A program made the position numbers and the translations under genes. Shown piece by piece: positions 48,466 through 60,263 of a stretch of DNA of 64,000 nt; position 1 is the first letter of the stretch, and the number at the start of each line of letters is the position of its first letter. The notes below the pieces were generated by a model that saw nothing but the letters and a program-made list of their open reading frames with translations, searched no databases and was not told the DNA's origin. Source of the DNA: an uncultured bacterium (lineage in GTDB: Bacteria; Armatimonadota; UBA5829); the NCBI GenBank assembly GCA_964494345.1, contig CAZBSI010000002.1, positions 113,830-177,829 on the forward strand, given 5' to 3'.

Positions 48466-49503
48466 CTATAATTGGTCGCTGGTTATAAACGTGTCCTGTA
48501 TTGTGCTCGGCGCCGCTTCCCGAAGTTCCGCGGCTTTTTCCTCGGCTATGGTATCGTTTATATACGACCCCGCTCCGCTTTCACAGCCCGCCAGATATTT
48601 CAGCTTCGTCTTAGTCCGCAGGGGCGGATGGAACTCAATATGGTAATGATAATACCCATAATCCCGCCCGTCAGTCGGCGCCTGGTGCATAATCATCATA
48701 TAGGGTTGGGATATTCCCCACAGATTGTCATATTTCAGCAGCACGGCCTTAAGAATCGCGGCAAGGTCGGCCCGTTCTGTATCATCAAAATCGAGCATAG
48801 TCTGCCGGTGATTGCGAGAAAATACATACACCTCGTAAGGATATCGAGCAAAGAACGGGATCATCGCCACAAACGAGTCGTTTTCGACGACGATCCTGCG
48901 CCTGTCCTTCAGCTCTTCGGCGATAATATCGCAGAACAAGCATCTGCCGGTGCGATTCTGATGTTTCAGCGCGGAGTCAAGCTCCCGTTGAATCTTAGGA
49001 GGAATGAACGGAAACGCGTATATCTGCCCGTGCGGGTGAGTCAGAGTCACCCCGATATCCTTGCCTTTATTCTCGAAAATCAGCACGTAGTCTATAAAAT
49101 CACGACCGCTGAGGTCCTTAAATCGATCAGTCCACACATCGATCAGGTTTTGCATCTCCTGCAAAGAGGCGTCGGTGAGTGTGCCGCCGTGGCGGGATGT
49201 ATAGCAGACCACTTCACAAATCCCATGAGCCGGTCGAACTTTATAAAGTTCGCTGCCTTCCACTGCAGGCTCGGGCGCAGGGTGTTGCAAAGAGGGAAAC
49301 TTATTCTCAAAAGTGACTATTTCATAGTCCGGCTGCGGGATCTCCGTAGGAAACGCGCCGGGCTTGGTCGGGCACAGCGGGCAATAGTCGTCCGGGGGAA
49401 GAAAAGTTCTGTCCTGCCGGTGTGTTGCAGTTATAACCCATTCCTCTAAAATGGGATGCCATCTCAATTCAGACACTAATCCCGCCCTCCGTCGCATTCG
49501 CAC
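48466..49503 (-). CDS. galT: galactose-1-phosphate uridylyltransferase (HIT family, GalT type 1)
   Basis: Zn site CPLC, active site HPHGQIYA (HxHxQ), and overall GalT collinearity. Confidence 0.85.
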   Translation of the reverse strand: MRMRRRAGLVSELRWHPILEEWVITATHRQDRTFLPPDDYCPLCPTKPGAFPTEIPQPDYEIVTFENKFPSLQHPAPEPAVEGSELYKVRPAHGICEVVCYTSRHGGTLTDASLQEMQNLIDVWTDRFKDLSGRDFIDYVLIFENKGKDIGVTLTHPHGQIYAFPFIPPKIQRELDSALKHQNRTGRCLFCDIIAEELKDRRRIVVENDSFVAMIPFFARYPYEVYVFSRNHRQTMLDFDDTERADLAAILKAVLLKYDNLWGISQPYMMIMHQAPTDGRDYGYYHYHIEFHPPLRTKTKLKYLAGCESGAGSYINDTIAEEKAAELREAAPSTIQDTFITSDQL

Positions 49504-49601
49504 TCGCCTGATGGGTCCTCGACCTCTGCGTCATCAAACGTAAAGTATATGAGATACCTGCCGTCCTCCAGCCTGATCTCCTCTTTTTTCATCGCCATAA
49601 A

Positions 49602-50369
49602 TTATCTACCTCGCAGAATCTGTTCGATCGCCTGAAGCTGCTGTGGGGTGTTTACACCCATAAGCTCAGCAGGGTCACACTCCACAGTCGAAACTCTCCG
49701 ATTTTGTTCGATGGCAACACGAACCATATCCGTCAGGTTATATTCACCAGCCTCGTTGACGGCCATTTGCTCGATATTGCCAAACAGCCAGCGTGAATCG
49801 CACGCGTAAATGCCGCCGTTGACCTCGCGGATCGCTTTCTGAGCCTCATCAGCACACTTCTCTTCGACTACCCCGGCCACACAACCTGCCCCATCTCGCA
49901 TGATTCTTCCATAGCCAAAGGGGTCATCGAGAGTTGCGGAGGCCAGGGTGATGGCAGCTTCGGAACGAGTATGCTCAAGGCGCATTCTATTCACAGTGTC
50001 CGAAGTGAACAAGGGGCTGTCACCGCACATAATTATCAGCGTGCCATCGAAGTCTCTAAAAGCATTCTTAGCACACGCCACCGCATGCCCGGAGCCTTTT
50101 TGCTCAGTTTGCTCCACGTATCCGACTTCGGAACCGACCTCGTCGATCACTGCGGATGCGCCGAAGCCGACTATGAGGGTAATATCATCGACACCCGCGC
50201 CGGTCAGCGCATCGATGACATAGCCCACCAGCGGCTTGCCAAGCGCCTTGCGAAGCACCTTCGGAAACGGATCCCCAGATTCTGCGGCAAATCGCGACCC
50301 TCTGCCGGCTGCCAGCACCAATCCTGCAGATTTATTGTCGGGGCAGAACATTGCGATACCACTGCCCAT
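49602..50369 (-). CDS. sugar-phosphate nucleotidyltransferase (NTP_transferase domain, GlmU N-terminal-like)
   Basis: LVLAAGRGSRF..PKVL motif and the GSGHAV region. Confidence 0.65.
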   Translation of the reverse strand: MGSGIAMFCPDNKSAGLVLAAGRGSRFAAESGDPFPKVLRKALGKPLVGYVIDALTGAGVDDITLIVGFGASAVIDEVGSEVGYVEQTEQKGSGHAVACAKNAFRDFDGTLIIMCGDSPLFTSDTVNRMRLEHTRSEAAITLASATLDDPFGYGRIMRDGAGCVAGVVEEKCADEAQKAIREVNGGIYACDSRWLFGNIEQMAVNEAGEYNLTDMVRVAIEQNRRVSTVECDPAELMGVNTPQQLQAIEQILRGR

Positions 50370-51483
50370 CGGGTTTCAATTCACGAATATCCACCGCACC
50401 GCCGGTTTCCGACACCGAGACATAGTTGCCGCTCTTCAGCGGATAAATGAGGCAATCTCGTAAGGCGTCACGCCAGGCTTTGTCTTTATCCGTGTTGTGT
50501 TTGGAGAGATCGAAGATGGGTTTAGACTTACCCGTAGCCAAATCGAACTGGAACGCGCCATTATAGTTTGTGTAGTCGATTGTCTTGGGCACTTTCGGCC
50601 ATATACTCAGGTCGATGCCGTTCGGCTGTTCGACGAGCCTGGCTGCGACCTGGTCGTAGGTCAAGACTTGCAGTTTCTGGTTGACGCTGCAGATGATTAG
50701 GACCTGTGTCGGTGACGGCCAGATTCCCTCGATTCGACCCGGCACATCGTTAAGCTCGAACATTTTAACCATCGAGCCTGTCTCGGCATCGGCCAAATAA
50801 TAGGCGCGACCGCCGCTCATCTCAGGATCAGCAACCGAGAAGACAAACGTCCCGCCACCATAGTCGATTCCCGTATCCTTAAACAGGTTGTCCTTGTCGC
50901 CGCCGGGGATAGGTATTGCCTGACCGATCATCGAACACTCTTTGCCATTTACGTTGTATGCCGCCACAGAGGCAGGTTCTTCGTCGGTGAGGGCGACAAA
51001 CTTTGAAGCAGTGTTTGGCCAGCAGACTATTCTCTCGATATCAGAGCCATAAACCGGCTCGCCCGTTACTTTGGCCTCCACCGCATCCACCATAATAAAC
51101 CCGGCCCCCTGCAGCGGGTCGGTGATGCTGGTAAAGCACGCCCGCAGTGTGCGGTTGTCGGCCCAGCTTATATAATTGACCTCAATCCCATCCGGCAGAG
51201 CGCAGGATTTGCCGGAATGATCGTTAAAATTGACTATTCTGATGGCCGAGTGCGCAGTGTTCGAAGAGTGTTGCCTGCTGTTCCATGCTCCTGCCCAAAG
51301 GGCGCCGGCGGGGTTTACGGCCTGCGCACCCAACTCGCCATAACTTCGCACGCTTTTCCAATCGGCGAAAGAACCGATTGGGCCAGGCACGATCTTGGGC
51401 GGGGGGTTGCTAATTCGCCACACAAGCGCGACCGCAACCAGCACAAATATCACGTATAACGGCAATCTGTTGTTCTTGTTCAT
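50332..51483 (-). CDS. hypothetical membrane-anchored protein
   Basis: N-terminal TM helix (LPLYVIFVLVAVALVW), then a ~350 aa probably extracytoplasmic beta-rich domain. No recognisable motif. Confidence 0.4.
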   Translation of the reverse strand: MNKNNRLPLYVIFVLVAVALVWRISNPPPKIVPGPIGSFADWKSVRSYGELGAQAVNPAGALWAGAWNSRQHSSNTAHSAIRIVNFNDHSGKSCALPDGIEVNYISWADNRTLRACFTSITDPLQGAGFIMVDAVEAKVTGEPVYGSDIERIVCWPNTASKFVALTDEEPASVAAYNVNGKECSMIGQAIPIPGGDKDNLFKDTGIDYGGGTFVFSVADPEMSGGRAYYLADAETGSMVKMFELNDVPGRIEGIWPSPTQVLIICSVNQKLQVLTYDQVAARLVEQPNGIDLSIWPKVPKTIDYTNYNGAFQFDLATGKSKPIFDLSKHNTDKDKAWRDALRDCLIYPLKSGNYVSVSETGGAVDIRELKPDGQWYRNVLPRQ

Positions 51484-51489
51484 ATTGGC

Positions 51490-52209
51490 TTAAAGGCCTC
51501 TCACTCGATTAATATACCTCGCCAGCAATTTTTCGTTATGCTCGTCGCTGCCGTCGAGATTTGCGCTGATAAACACCGGCGGCGTCTCTCCTGCTTTGAT
51601 CAGGTTCTCTATAGTCTGAGCCACCATCGACTCCACGATAAACATACCCGCCAACCCCGAGGTCGGGCAGGCGCGTCCCGGTAGTCCCTCTATTTCCAGA
51701 ATCGCATCTCCCGCAACGCCGCAGTTGTCTATGACGATATCCGCGATCTCAAACAACCGCTTTCCGCTCGAATGGCGCGAACCAACAGACTTCGAGTGCG
51801 CAAGCGACGTGATAGCGATAGTCTTGATCCCACGCTCCCTGCACCAAAGCGCCGTCTCGACCGGCATAGCGTTGCGACCGGAGTTGGAGACAATAACGAC
51901 CACGCATCCGGGGGTAATATTATAATTCTTCAGAACGGTTTCCGCATACCCTTCGACGCGTTCGGCCCTGCCGAACGTTTTGTCCTCGATCACGTCGACC
52001 GCAGCAAGTCCCCCAGCCCGGTAGTAGCCTTCCATAGCTATCGCAATCGAGTGTCCGCTGCCCAAAAAATACACGATCCGGTCGTGTTTAACACACTCCG
52101 CCAGCGCCTGTGCAGCCTTCGATATGCCCTCCTGCTGGGTGTCCGCTATGCGAGCCAGCAGATCATTCACGGTCTGATAATATCTTTCCGAACTTGTAGC
52201 CATTATCAA
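51490..52209 (-). CDS. SIS (sugar isomerase) domain protein
   Basis: RIVYFLGSGHSIAIA and VVVIVSNSGRN segments are typical of the SIS phosphosugar-binding fold. Confidence 0.7.
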   Translation of the reverse strand: MIMATSSERYYQTVNDLLARIADTQQEGISKAAQALAECVKHDRIVYFLGSGHSIAIAMEGYYRAGGLAAVDVIEDKTFGRAERVEGYAETVLKNYNITPGCVVVIVSNSGRNAMPVETALWCRERGIKTIAITSLAHSKSVGSRHSSGKRLFEIADIVIDNCGVAGDAILEIEGLPGRACPTSGLAGMFIVESMVAQTIENLIKAGETPPVFISANLDGSDEHNEKLLARYINRVRGL

Positions 52210-52371
52210 CCCACCTCCACCGTGATTATCCCACCATTCTCCTCCGAGGTCAATGCGACCTGTGGGAGGAAATGCCCATCAAATCGGAGAACACATACGG
52301 TACCTCACATTATAATCCGCTTGTTTTATACCAAAGCTGCCAAAAAAGGCAGCCAAATCAGGAGGCCTGTT

Positions 52372-53580
52372 ATGGCTAACGTTTATGTGGCAGTAGATGT
52401 TCAAAATTTGGAAACCAGCGCCGAGGAATATGGTCAAACGGTGCCGATCGGCGCGATATTGGACCGGGTCAAAGTTGAAGGTTATCCTGTCGTTTTGAAA
52501 GCCTACGCCGATTGGGCGGAGCCTCGTATTAGAGACCGAATGGCGGAATATCAGGCTTATGGTTTTGAATTAGTCCAGTTAATGAGCAACAGCCGCGGCA
52601 AAAACGCCGGTGACATTATGCTTGTGCTCGATGTGATGGAATCGCTGCATCTGCCGGAGTGTCCTGATGTTTATGTAGTTGTATCAGGAGACGGCGATTT
52701 TGTGCCCCTGGCCCCCAAATTGCGCAGAAAACTCAAGCAATTTATAGCGATGGGGTTCGGCGCGAGTAGCAACACCCTGTTGCAGGGTTTGTGCGATCAA
52801 TTTATCTTTTTGGACGCCCTGGTTGCGGATTTCGAACAGCAGCGCCGCATTAAGTTCCAGATTCCTTCTTTAGACGAATCCGCCGCATCAGCCCAGACCG
52901 CATCGGAGCAGGAAACTGTTGACGAAGAACCGGAGGCGGTGTCTCCTGTAACAGCCATCAATGATCAACCCGAACCAGTTCAGGCGGAACCGCCCAGAAT
53001 ATTAGACTCAGGCATACCCGAACCAGACTACACCGACGTCAAGCAAACCGCTTTGTACTACAGGCGAGTGTTGCAGGAATACAAAAGAGTCCGAGTGGAG
53101 TCGTTTTATCATCGGGAAAAACTTATCAGTCGCGCATGGGATATTATGGAAGACAGCGGCGGATATGTTCTGCTGCAGGATTTGTTCGACGAGTTGCGCG
53201 ACTTCGCCGACTACAATAGCTATGGCATCTACCCCAGAGGAATCGAGGTCATCCTTCGCACCCTGTATATCGCCAGATGCTTCGACCTGGAAGGCGAAAG
53301 CCACGGTTTCAGCCTGCAGGCAAGAGTATGTCCGGGGCCGGAGATAGATGCGAGCGCTGCGCTGGACATGATGAACGAGACCTACGTTCGCGGTATGATA
53401 ATGGCCTTGCCGGATATTCATCTGGAGTTGGATGGATTAGCTCACTTGCTTATGGACAAGGTAACACCGGAAACGACAGCCAAGACGCGCGAAATCATAA
53501 AGAAAGTCAGGCCGTTTTATGGCGAACCGACCGCTTTTGGCCAGGCATTCGAAGAAGCGCAAGGTTCTCCGGAGCCGTAG
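52372..53580 (+). CDS. NYN domain protein with C-terminal OST-HTH/LOTUS-like domain
   Basis: Start at ATG 52372 (GGAGG 6 nt upstream). N-terminus MANVYVAVDVQNLE...DVYVVVSGDGDFVPL is the NYN/LabA-like PIN-related nuclease fold. C-terminal YYRRVLQEYKRVRVESFYHREKLISRAWDIMEDSGGYVLLQDLFDELRD resembles OST-HTH. Confidence 0.6.
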   Translation: MANVYVAVDVQNLETSAEEYGQTVPIGAILDRVKVEGYPVVLKAYADWAEPRIRDRMAEYQAYGFELVQLMSNSRGKNAGDIMLVLDVMESLHLPECPDVYVVVSGDGDFVPLAPKLRRKLKQFIAMGFGASSNTLLQGLCDQFIFLDALVADFEQQRRIKFQIPSLDESAASAQTASEQETVDEEPEAVSPVTAINDQPEPVQAEPPRILDSGIPEPDYTDVKQTALYYRRVLQEYKRVRVESFYHREKLISRAWDIMEDSGGYVLLQDLFDELRDFADYNSYGIYPRGIEVILRTLYIARCFDLEGESHGFSLQARVCPGPEIDASAALDMMNETYVRGMIMALPDIHLELDGLAHLLMDKVTPETTAKTREIIKKVRPFYGEPTAFGQAFEEAQGSPEP

Positions 53581-53583
53581 CCC

Positions 53584-54891
53584 TTATTCGGCCCGGCCCG
53601 GCAAGACAAGCTCCGGTTGCAGCAACTCGCTGCTGTCGTCGTAGCTGAGAATCTCGGCGTAACGACCCCACTCGATGATAAGGTCAAGCTGCCGTTCGGC
53701 CTCTTCGGGTGGGAAGTCGAGTTCGAGCGCGGTGAGAGCGATGTCGCGTTCCAGCAGAGAGTTGTCCGCCGCGTCCAGCATCCTGAGCAGCCACTGGAAT
53801 AACGGCAGTCGCCTGATGCGGGAGGCGAATATCTCCTTGCGAGCGAGGATCCTCGCTTCTGCAAACGTTTCGCCGAGGGGGGTAAGAGTAATATCTCCCT
53901 CGGCCAGCGTGGCGAAGCCCAGCAGTTCTGCGGCTTCGGTTAGTCTCAGCAGGCTATCGGAATCCGCTCGCAGTTCTTCGGCGAGTCGGAATATATCCGC
54001 GGCGCGGCCGGGCATCTCATAAATTCGTTCCAGCATACCTGTCAGATCGCCAATAGCAATATCCGGCAGTTCTCGCGCTCCACCCGGTTCCCCAGGCGCC
54101 GAGCCAACCTCGACATGTTCCGGCTGGGTTTGGCCGGCTAAAGTGGCGTATACCTTGTCGACAATATTGGCGAACTTCGCCGACTTTCGCCTGCGCGGGT
54201 GCAGCATATCCACCACGACGTCTGCCACCACCCGGCCCGGATTCTTCTCCATAACCACAATTCGATCCGACATAAAGACAGCCTCTTCGATGTTGTGAGT
54301 CACCATCAAAATCGCTTTTGTAGGAATATCCCCGCTCGCCCAAAGTTCAAGAAGCTCGCTGCGCAGCGATTCGGCACTTAGCACATCCAGCGCTGAGAAT
54401 GGCTCGTCTAGACATAGAAGCTCGGGTTCCACGGCCATCGCCCTCGCAAACCCAACCTTTTGCCGCATTCCGCCGGACAATTCCCTCGGATACGCCGTCT
54501 CGAATCCGTCCAAACCTACCCTGTCTATAAGTTCCAGCGCCCTGTGGGTTCGGTCTTCCTGCGCAACTCCGCGTGCCTTCAGCGCTACCTCCACGTTTTG
54601 CTGAACCGTCAACCACGGGAACAGCGCGAACGTCTGAAAGACTATCGTCGCGTGCGGGTTGACCCCGACCACCGGCTCCCCGCGATACAATACAGTGCCC
54701 TCACTCGGTTTTTGCAGGCCGGTTACTATTCTTAAAAGGGTGCTTTTGCCGCAGCCCGACGGCCCCAACAGCACCACAAACTCGCCATCGTTCACGGTGA
54801 GATTAACATCCCGCACAGCGGTAAATTCTTTTCTGCCGGTGTGAAATCTCTGCGTCACACCCCGGACTTTAACCAGCGCTTCGTTAGGCAT
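53584..54891 (-). CDS. ABC transporter ATP-binding protein, NitT/TauT family, with ~190 aa C-terminal extension
   Basis: Walker A GPSGCGKST, signature LSGGMRQKV, Walker B LLCLDEP, H-loop. The long C-terminal domain is of unknown role. Confidence 0.85.
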   Translation of the reverse strand: MPNEALVKVRGVTQRFHTGRKEFTAVRDVNLTVNDGEFVVLLGPSGCGKSTLLRIVTGLQKPSEGTVLYRGEPVVGVNPHATIVFQTFALFPWLTVQQNVEVALKARGVAQEDRTHRALELIDRVGLDGFETAYPRELSGGMRQKVGFARAMAVEPELLCLDEPFSALDVLSAESLRSELLELWASGDIPTKAILMVTHNIEEAVFMSDRIVVMEKNPGRVVADVVVDMLHPRRRKSAKFANIVDKVYATLAGQTQPEHVEVGSAPGEPGGARELPDIAIGDLTGMLERIYEMPGRAADIFRLAEELRADSDSLLRLTEAAELLGFATLAEGDITLTPLGETFAEARILARKEIFASRIRRLPLFQWLLRMLDAADNSLLERDIALTALELDFPPEEAERQLDLIIEWGRYAEILSYDDSSELLQPELVLPGRAE

Positions 54892-54895
54892 ATTC

Positions 54896-56614
<1,719 letters not shown>

Positions 56615-56998
56615 GCGTATAATCCTTTCTTCGGTGACCTACGCATAAACCCGGAGTTATGTCTGTTCGAGTTGAGAATCAAAAAGCACCTCCGCTGCTC
56701 GCTTACGGCGTGGCGGGATCAGGTGCTGAGGCGGCTGATGGGGATTTAGAATCCGTCTACAGCAACAGCCCATGAAAGGAGCACTCTGCCTGCAAACGCC
56801 TGATGTTTGACTCCAAGTCGTGAAAACTCGGAGGTTCCGCTGCAGTAGCGTTACCATCAATGGAACTCAAAGCGATGACTCCTTTCCGCTGTGACGTTAT
56901 ACTAATCCTAGCACATTATATCGACCCTGAACAATACCGTTGACCGAATATCGCCCGCGTTATACGATATTAACAGCAAATATTTCGGAGGTGCCGAT

Positions 56999-57421
56999 AT
57001 GTCAGTGTTGGAGCGTTTTGGGGTTTCCATTGAACAGGATATACTTTCCCGGTTCGATGAACTCGTCAAAGAGCGCGGTTATTCCTCACGCTCGGAGGCG
57101 ATCCGCGACCTGATGCGCCAGGAGTTTGTGAAGATAGAATGGGCCGACCCGCAGACCGAAGTCATCGGCACCATCACCATAGTATACGAACATCACGAGC
57201 ACGAACTGGCCAATGTGCTCACTGATCTGCAGCATCAGCGCCACGATAACATAATCTGCAGCACCCACGTACATCTTGATGCGCATAATTGCCTGGAAGT
57301 CATAGTCGTGCGGGGCACAAGCGAAAGCGTCAGAACCGTGGCAGATACTCTAATCGCCGCCCACGGTGTCAAGCACGGTCAATTAGTATGCACAACGACC
57401 GGCGCGCATATTTCGTGTTAG
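56999..57421 (+). CDS. nikR: nickel-responsive transcriptional regulator NikR
   Basis: N-terminal ribbon-helix-helix (ILSRFDELVKERGYSSRSEAIRDLMR). C-terminal metal-binding domain with YEHHEHE and the STHVHLDAHNCLEVIVVRG pattern. RBS GGAGGTG. Confidence 0.85.
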   Translation: MSVLERFGVSIEQDILSRFDELVKERGYSSRSEAIRDLMRQEFVKIEWADPQTEVIGTITIVYEHHEHELANVLTDLQHQRHDNIICSTHVHLDAHNCLEVIVVRGTSESVRTVADTLIAAHGVKHGQLVCTTTGAHISC

Positions 57422-57499
57422 GAGAATGGCCTATTGACTTAGCATTATACTGCTGAGATAATTAATCCAACTACTCCGTAAGCCTCATGAGGATCAGTT

Positions 57500-59488
57500 T
57501 TGAGCCACACGCATTTCGATGCTGCAGAAGAAAAGCGCACTTCGGTAAAATCAAGTGCAAAAAAACCGCCGTCGGGTTTGCGATTGCGCGCGTTCATCAT
57601 CGGCCTGCTGATCATCCCGTTCGATAACTACTGGGTTGTCATCACCGAAAAAGTCTACAGGGGCCCATATCCCACCATTATCTCCCTGTTTGCCAACTGC
57701 GTCTTCATATTGGCGATACTGGTGGTGATAAACGGGGTTTTAGAAAAGATACGACGGTCGTGGGCTTTTAATCCCGGCGAATTGCTGTTGATTTACACGA
57801 TGGTCGTGGTGGGGGCGTCGCTGGCAGGCCACGATATGATCCCGTGCGTGTGCATGTTTATCGGCTATCCCTGGCAATTCGCCACAGTCGACAACAACTG
57901 GGCGAACACGTTTATACCGTATCTGCCAAAGATGCTGAGCGTAACTGACCTTAAGATTTTGAAGCCATTTTATGAAGGACACTCCAGTCTTTATGCTGAT
58001 GGACACTGGAAATATTGGCTGAGGCCGGTGGGGTTGTGGTCGGCGTTTACGGTGGTGTTGTTTTATGTGATGATGTGCATAAACACACTGGTTCGAAAGC
58101 AATGGACCGACCGTGAGCGTCTCACGTTCCCTATAGTCCAGCTTCCAGTGGCTATGACCGATCCCAAGACAAACCTCTGGCGCAATCGTCTGTTCTGGGT
58201 AGGCTTTGCCATCGCGTTTGGAATAGATCTCATTAACGGATTGGCCGTATATTATCCTGCTATCCCTGCCATCAATCTTACGATTACCGGCCACAACCTG
58301 CGCCAGTTTATGACCGCCAAGCCGTGGGATGGTATCGATTGGATGCCGTGGTCGATGTATCCGTTTGTGGTCGGGTTGGGGTATTTGCTGCCTGCTGACC
58401 TCAGCTTCTCTTGCTGGTTCTTCTACCTGATGTGGAAGGCGCAGATGGTAATTACCCGGGCTATGGCCTGGGATGCGGTGCCGAACTTTCCGTTTATACG
58501 TCACCAGGCCTTTGGGGGCTATGTGGGCATTATTCTTATGCTCTCTTGGAGCGGCAAGGGGTATCTCAAACAGGTGTGGCTGCGCATTATAGGCGCCGAT
58601 TCCGAACTCGACGACTCCGATGAGCCGATGTCTTACAGATCGGCGGCTGCAGGTGCGGCGATTGGGTTTTTGCTGTTGTGCCTGTTTATGAGGTGGATCG
58701 GGTTGTCTCCTTTGCTGTGTGTGATAGGGTTTTTGATATATTTCCTCCTCGCCACCGCCATCTCACGTATGCGCGCGGAGCTTGGGCCGCCGGTGCATGA
58801 CCTGCACTTCTCCGGCCCGGATTATATGATTAGCTCCAGCGGAGGGCTTGGGAATCTTAGCCGGGGCGATTTGGTCGGCCTGACCTACTTCTACTGGTTT
58901 AATCGTGCATATCGCGGCCACCCTATGCCGGTGGGAATTGAGGGCATGAAGATGGCCCAGGTGACGAGATCGAGCCAGCGGGCGTATATGAAAGGCATGA
59001 TGCTCGCCGCTTTGGTCGGCACAATTACGGCGTTCTGGGCGTTTTTACATTTGGGTTATCATTTCGGGACGGCGGCAAAGTTCCATCAGGGTTATGGATT
59101 TGCATGGGAGGCGTTCGGCACTCTGGACAGTTGGTGGAAGCATCCGGGTATGATGGAAAGGCCGAATTGGGGAGCAAACTTCGCAATGGTGGGCGGCTTT
59201 TTGTTTTGCGTTTTGCTCAGCTACGCTCGAACACAGATATTCAACTTCCCGTTCCACCCGATTGGCTACGCGATATCCGGCAGTTGGTCGATGAACCTGG
59301 TCTGGCTGCCGATTCTGGTGGCCTGGCTGCTGAAGGTTCTGACGCTGAAATTCGGCGGGCTCAGACTATATAAAACCGCGGTTCCGTTTTTCTTCGGGCT
59401 GATTTTAGGGGAGATGATGATCGGGTGCTTATGGAGCCTTATCGGGCTAGCATTCGACATTCCATACTTCAGCTTCTGGGGAGCTTAG
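57500..59488 (+). CDS. large polytopic membrane protein of unknown function (~14 predicted TM helices)
   Basis: 662 aa, aromatic-rich hydrophobic segments throughout. TTG start with GAGGA 7 nt upstream. Located 78 nt downstream of nikR on the same strand. Confidence 0.5.
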   Translation: MSHTHFDAAEEKRTSVKSSAKKPPSGLRLRAFIIGLLIIPFDNYWVVITEKVYRGPYPTIISLFANCVFILAILVVINGVLEKIRRSWAFNPGELLLIYTMVVVGASLAGHDMIPCVCMFIGYPWQFATVDNNWANTFIPYLPKMLSVTDLKILKPFYEGHSSLYADGHWKYWLRPVGLWSAFTVVLFYVMMCINTLVRKQWTDRERLTFPIVQLPVAMTDPKTNLWRNRLFWVGFAIAFGIDLINGLAVYYPAIPAINLTITGHNLRQFMTAKPWDGIDWMPWSMYPFVVGLGYLLPADLSFSCWFFYLMWKAQMVITRAMAWDAVPNFPFIRHQAFGGYVGIILMLSWSGKGYLKQVWLRIIGADSELDDSDEPMSYRSAAAGAAIGFLLLCLFMRWIGLSPLLCVIGFLIYFLLATAISRMRAELGPPVHDLHFSGPDYMISSSGGLGNLSRGDLVGLTYFYWFNRAYRGHPMPVGIEGMKMAQVTRSSQRAYMKGMMLAALVGTITAFWAFLHLGYHFGTAAKFHQGYGFAWEAFGTLDSWWKHPGMMERPNWGANFAMVGGFLFCVLLSYARTQIFNFPFHPIGYAISGSWSMNLVWLPILVAWLLKVLTLKFGGLRLYKTAVPFFFGLILGEMMIGCLWSLIGLAFDIPYFSFWGA

Positions 59489-59494
59489 CCCGTC

Positions 59495-60124
59495 ATGACG
59501 CCACGGAGCAAAGCGCCGACACCAACCCTTGAGCGATTGGCGACTTACTTCGCGCTCCTTTCTGACCTCAAACGACATCAGATCGAGACGATATCTTCCG
59601 CAGATGTCGCCGAGCGCACTGGAATAAACGCAGCTCAGTTCCGCAAAGACCTCTCCTATTTCGGCGAGATAGGCAGGCCGGGTATCGGCTATGCAGTCGA
59701 CGAGCTGTATTCCCATATCGCGCATATACTGAAAATCGACCAACTGCAGCCGGTATTGCTTGTGGGGGCAGGCAATCTTGGAAGCGCGTTGATGGGATAC
59801 CCTGCTCTGCGGGCCGAGATTTTTCAGATAGTGGCTGCCTTCGACAACGACCCTACCAAAATCGGCAAGCGGTTGTGGGATATTACGGTGCGGGATGTCG
59901 CTGGGCTTGTGCAGGACAACAAAGCTATTGGCGCGCGCCTGGCCATCATCACGGTACCCGCAGCGGCGGCCCAGGATGTAGCGGAGCAGTTGGTGGCGGC
60001 TGATATCCACAACATTCTGAACTTCGCCCCAGTGGCGCTGAGATTGCCGGGGGATGTGATTGTCCGCAATGTGGACTTCATGCAGGAACTAGCCGTACTA
60101 TCCTTCCACCTACCCGATTCGTAG
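59495..60124 (+). CDS. rex: redox-sensing transcriptional repressor Rex
   Basis: Winged-helix N-terminus (ISSADVAERTGINAAQFRKDLSYFGEIGRPGIGY) and Rossmann NADH-binding region (LLVGAGNLGSAL). Confidence 0.9.
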   Translation: MTPRSKAPTPTLERLATYFALLSDLKRHQIETISSADVAERTGINAAQFRKDLSYFGEIGRPGIGYAVDELYSHIAHILKIDQLQPVLLVGAGNLGSALMGYPALRAEIFQIVAAFDNDPTKIGKRLWDITVRDVAGLVQDNKAIGARLAIITVPAAAAQDVAEQLVAADIHNILNFAPVALRLPGDVIVRNVDFMQELAVLSFHLPDS

Positions 60125-60263
60125 AAAAGTTGGCGGTTGGCAATTCGCCACACAATGTGCATTATTTTCTGGCTTTCGCGTTTTCCTCCTCCCACAATGC
60201 CGAGATGGGTTAATTAAAGCGAGCCTTTAATTGCCCTTGCCGAAGGGAGAGTTTGGGATTAGA

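Noticed and set aside
51772-52371. 600-nt N-terminal extension of the NYN ORF (ORF-track start 51772)
   Set aside because: It lies antisense to the well-supported SIS-domain gene, has no RBS, and is low-complexity Arg-rich. ATG 52372 with GGAGG is a far better start.
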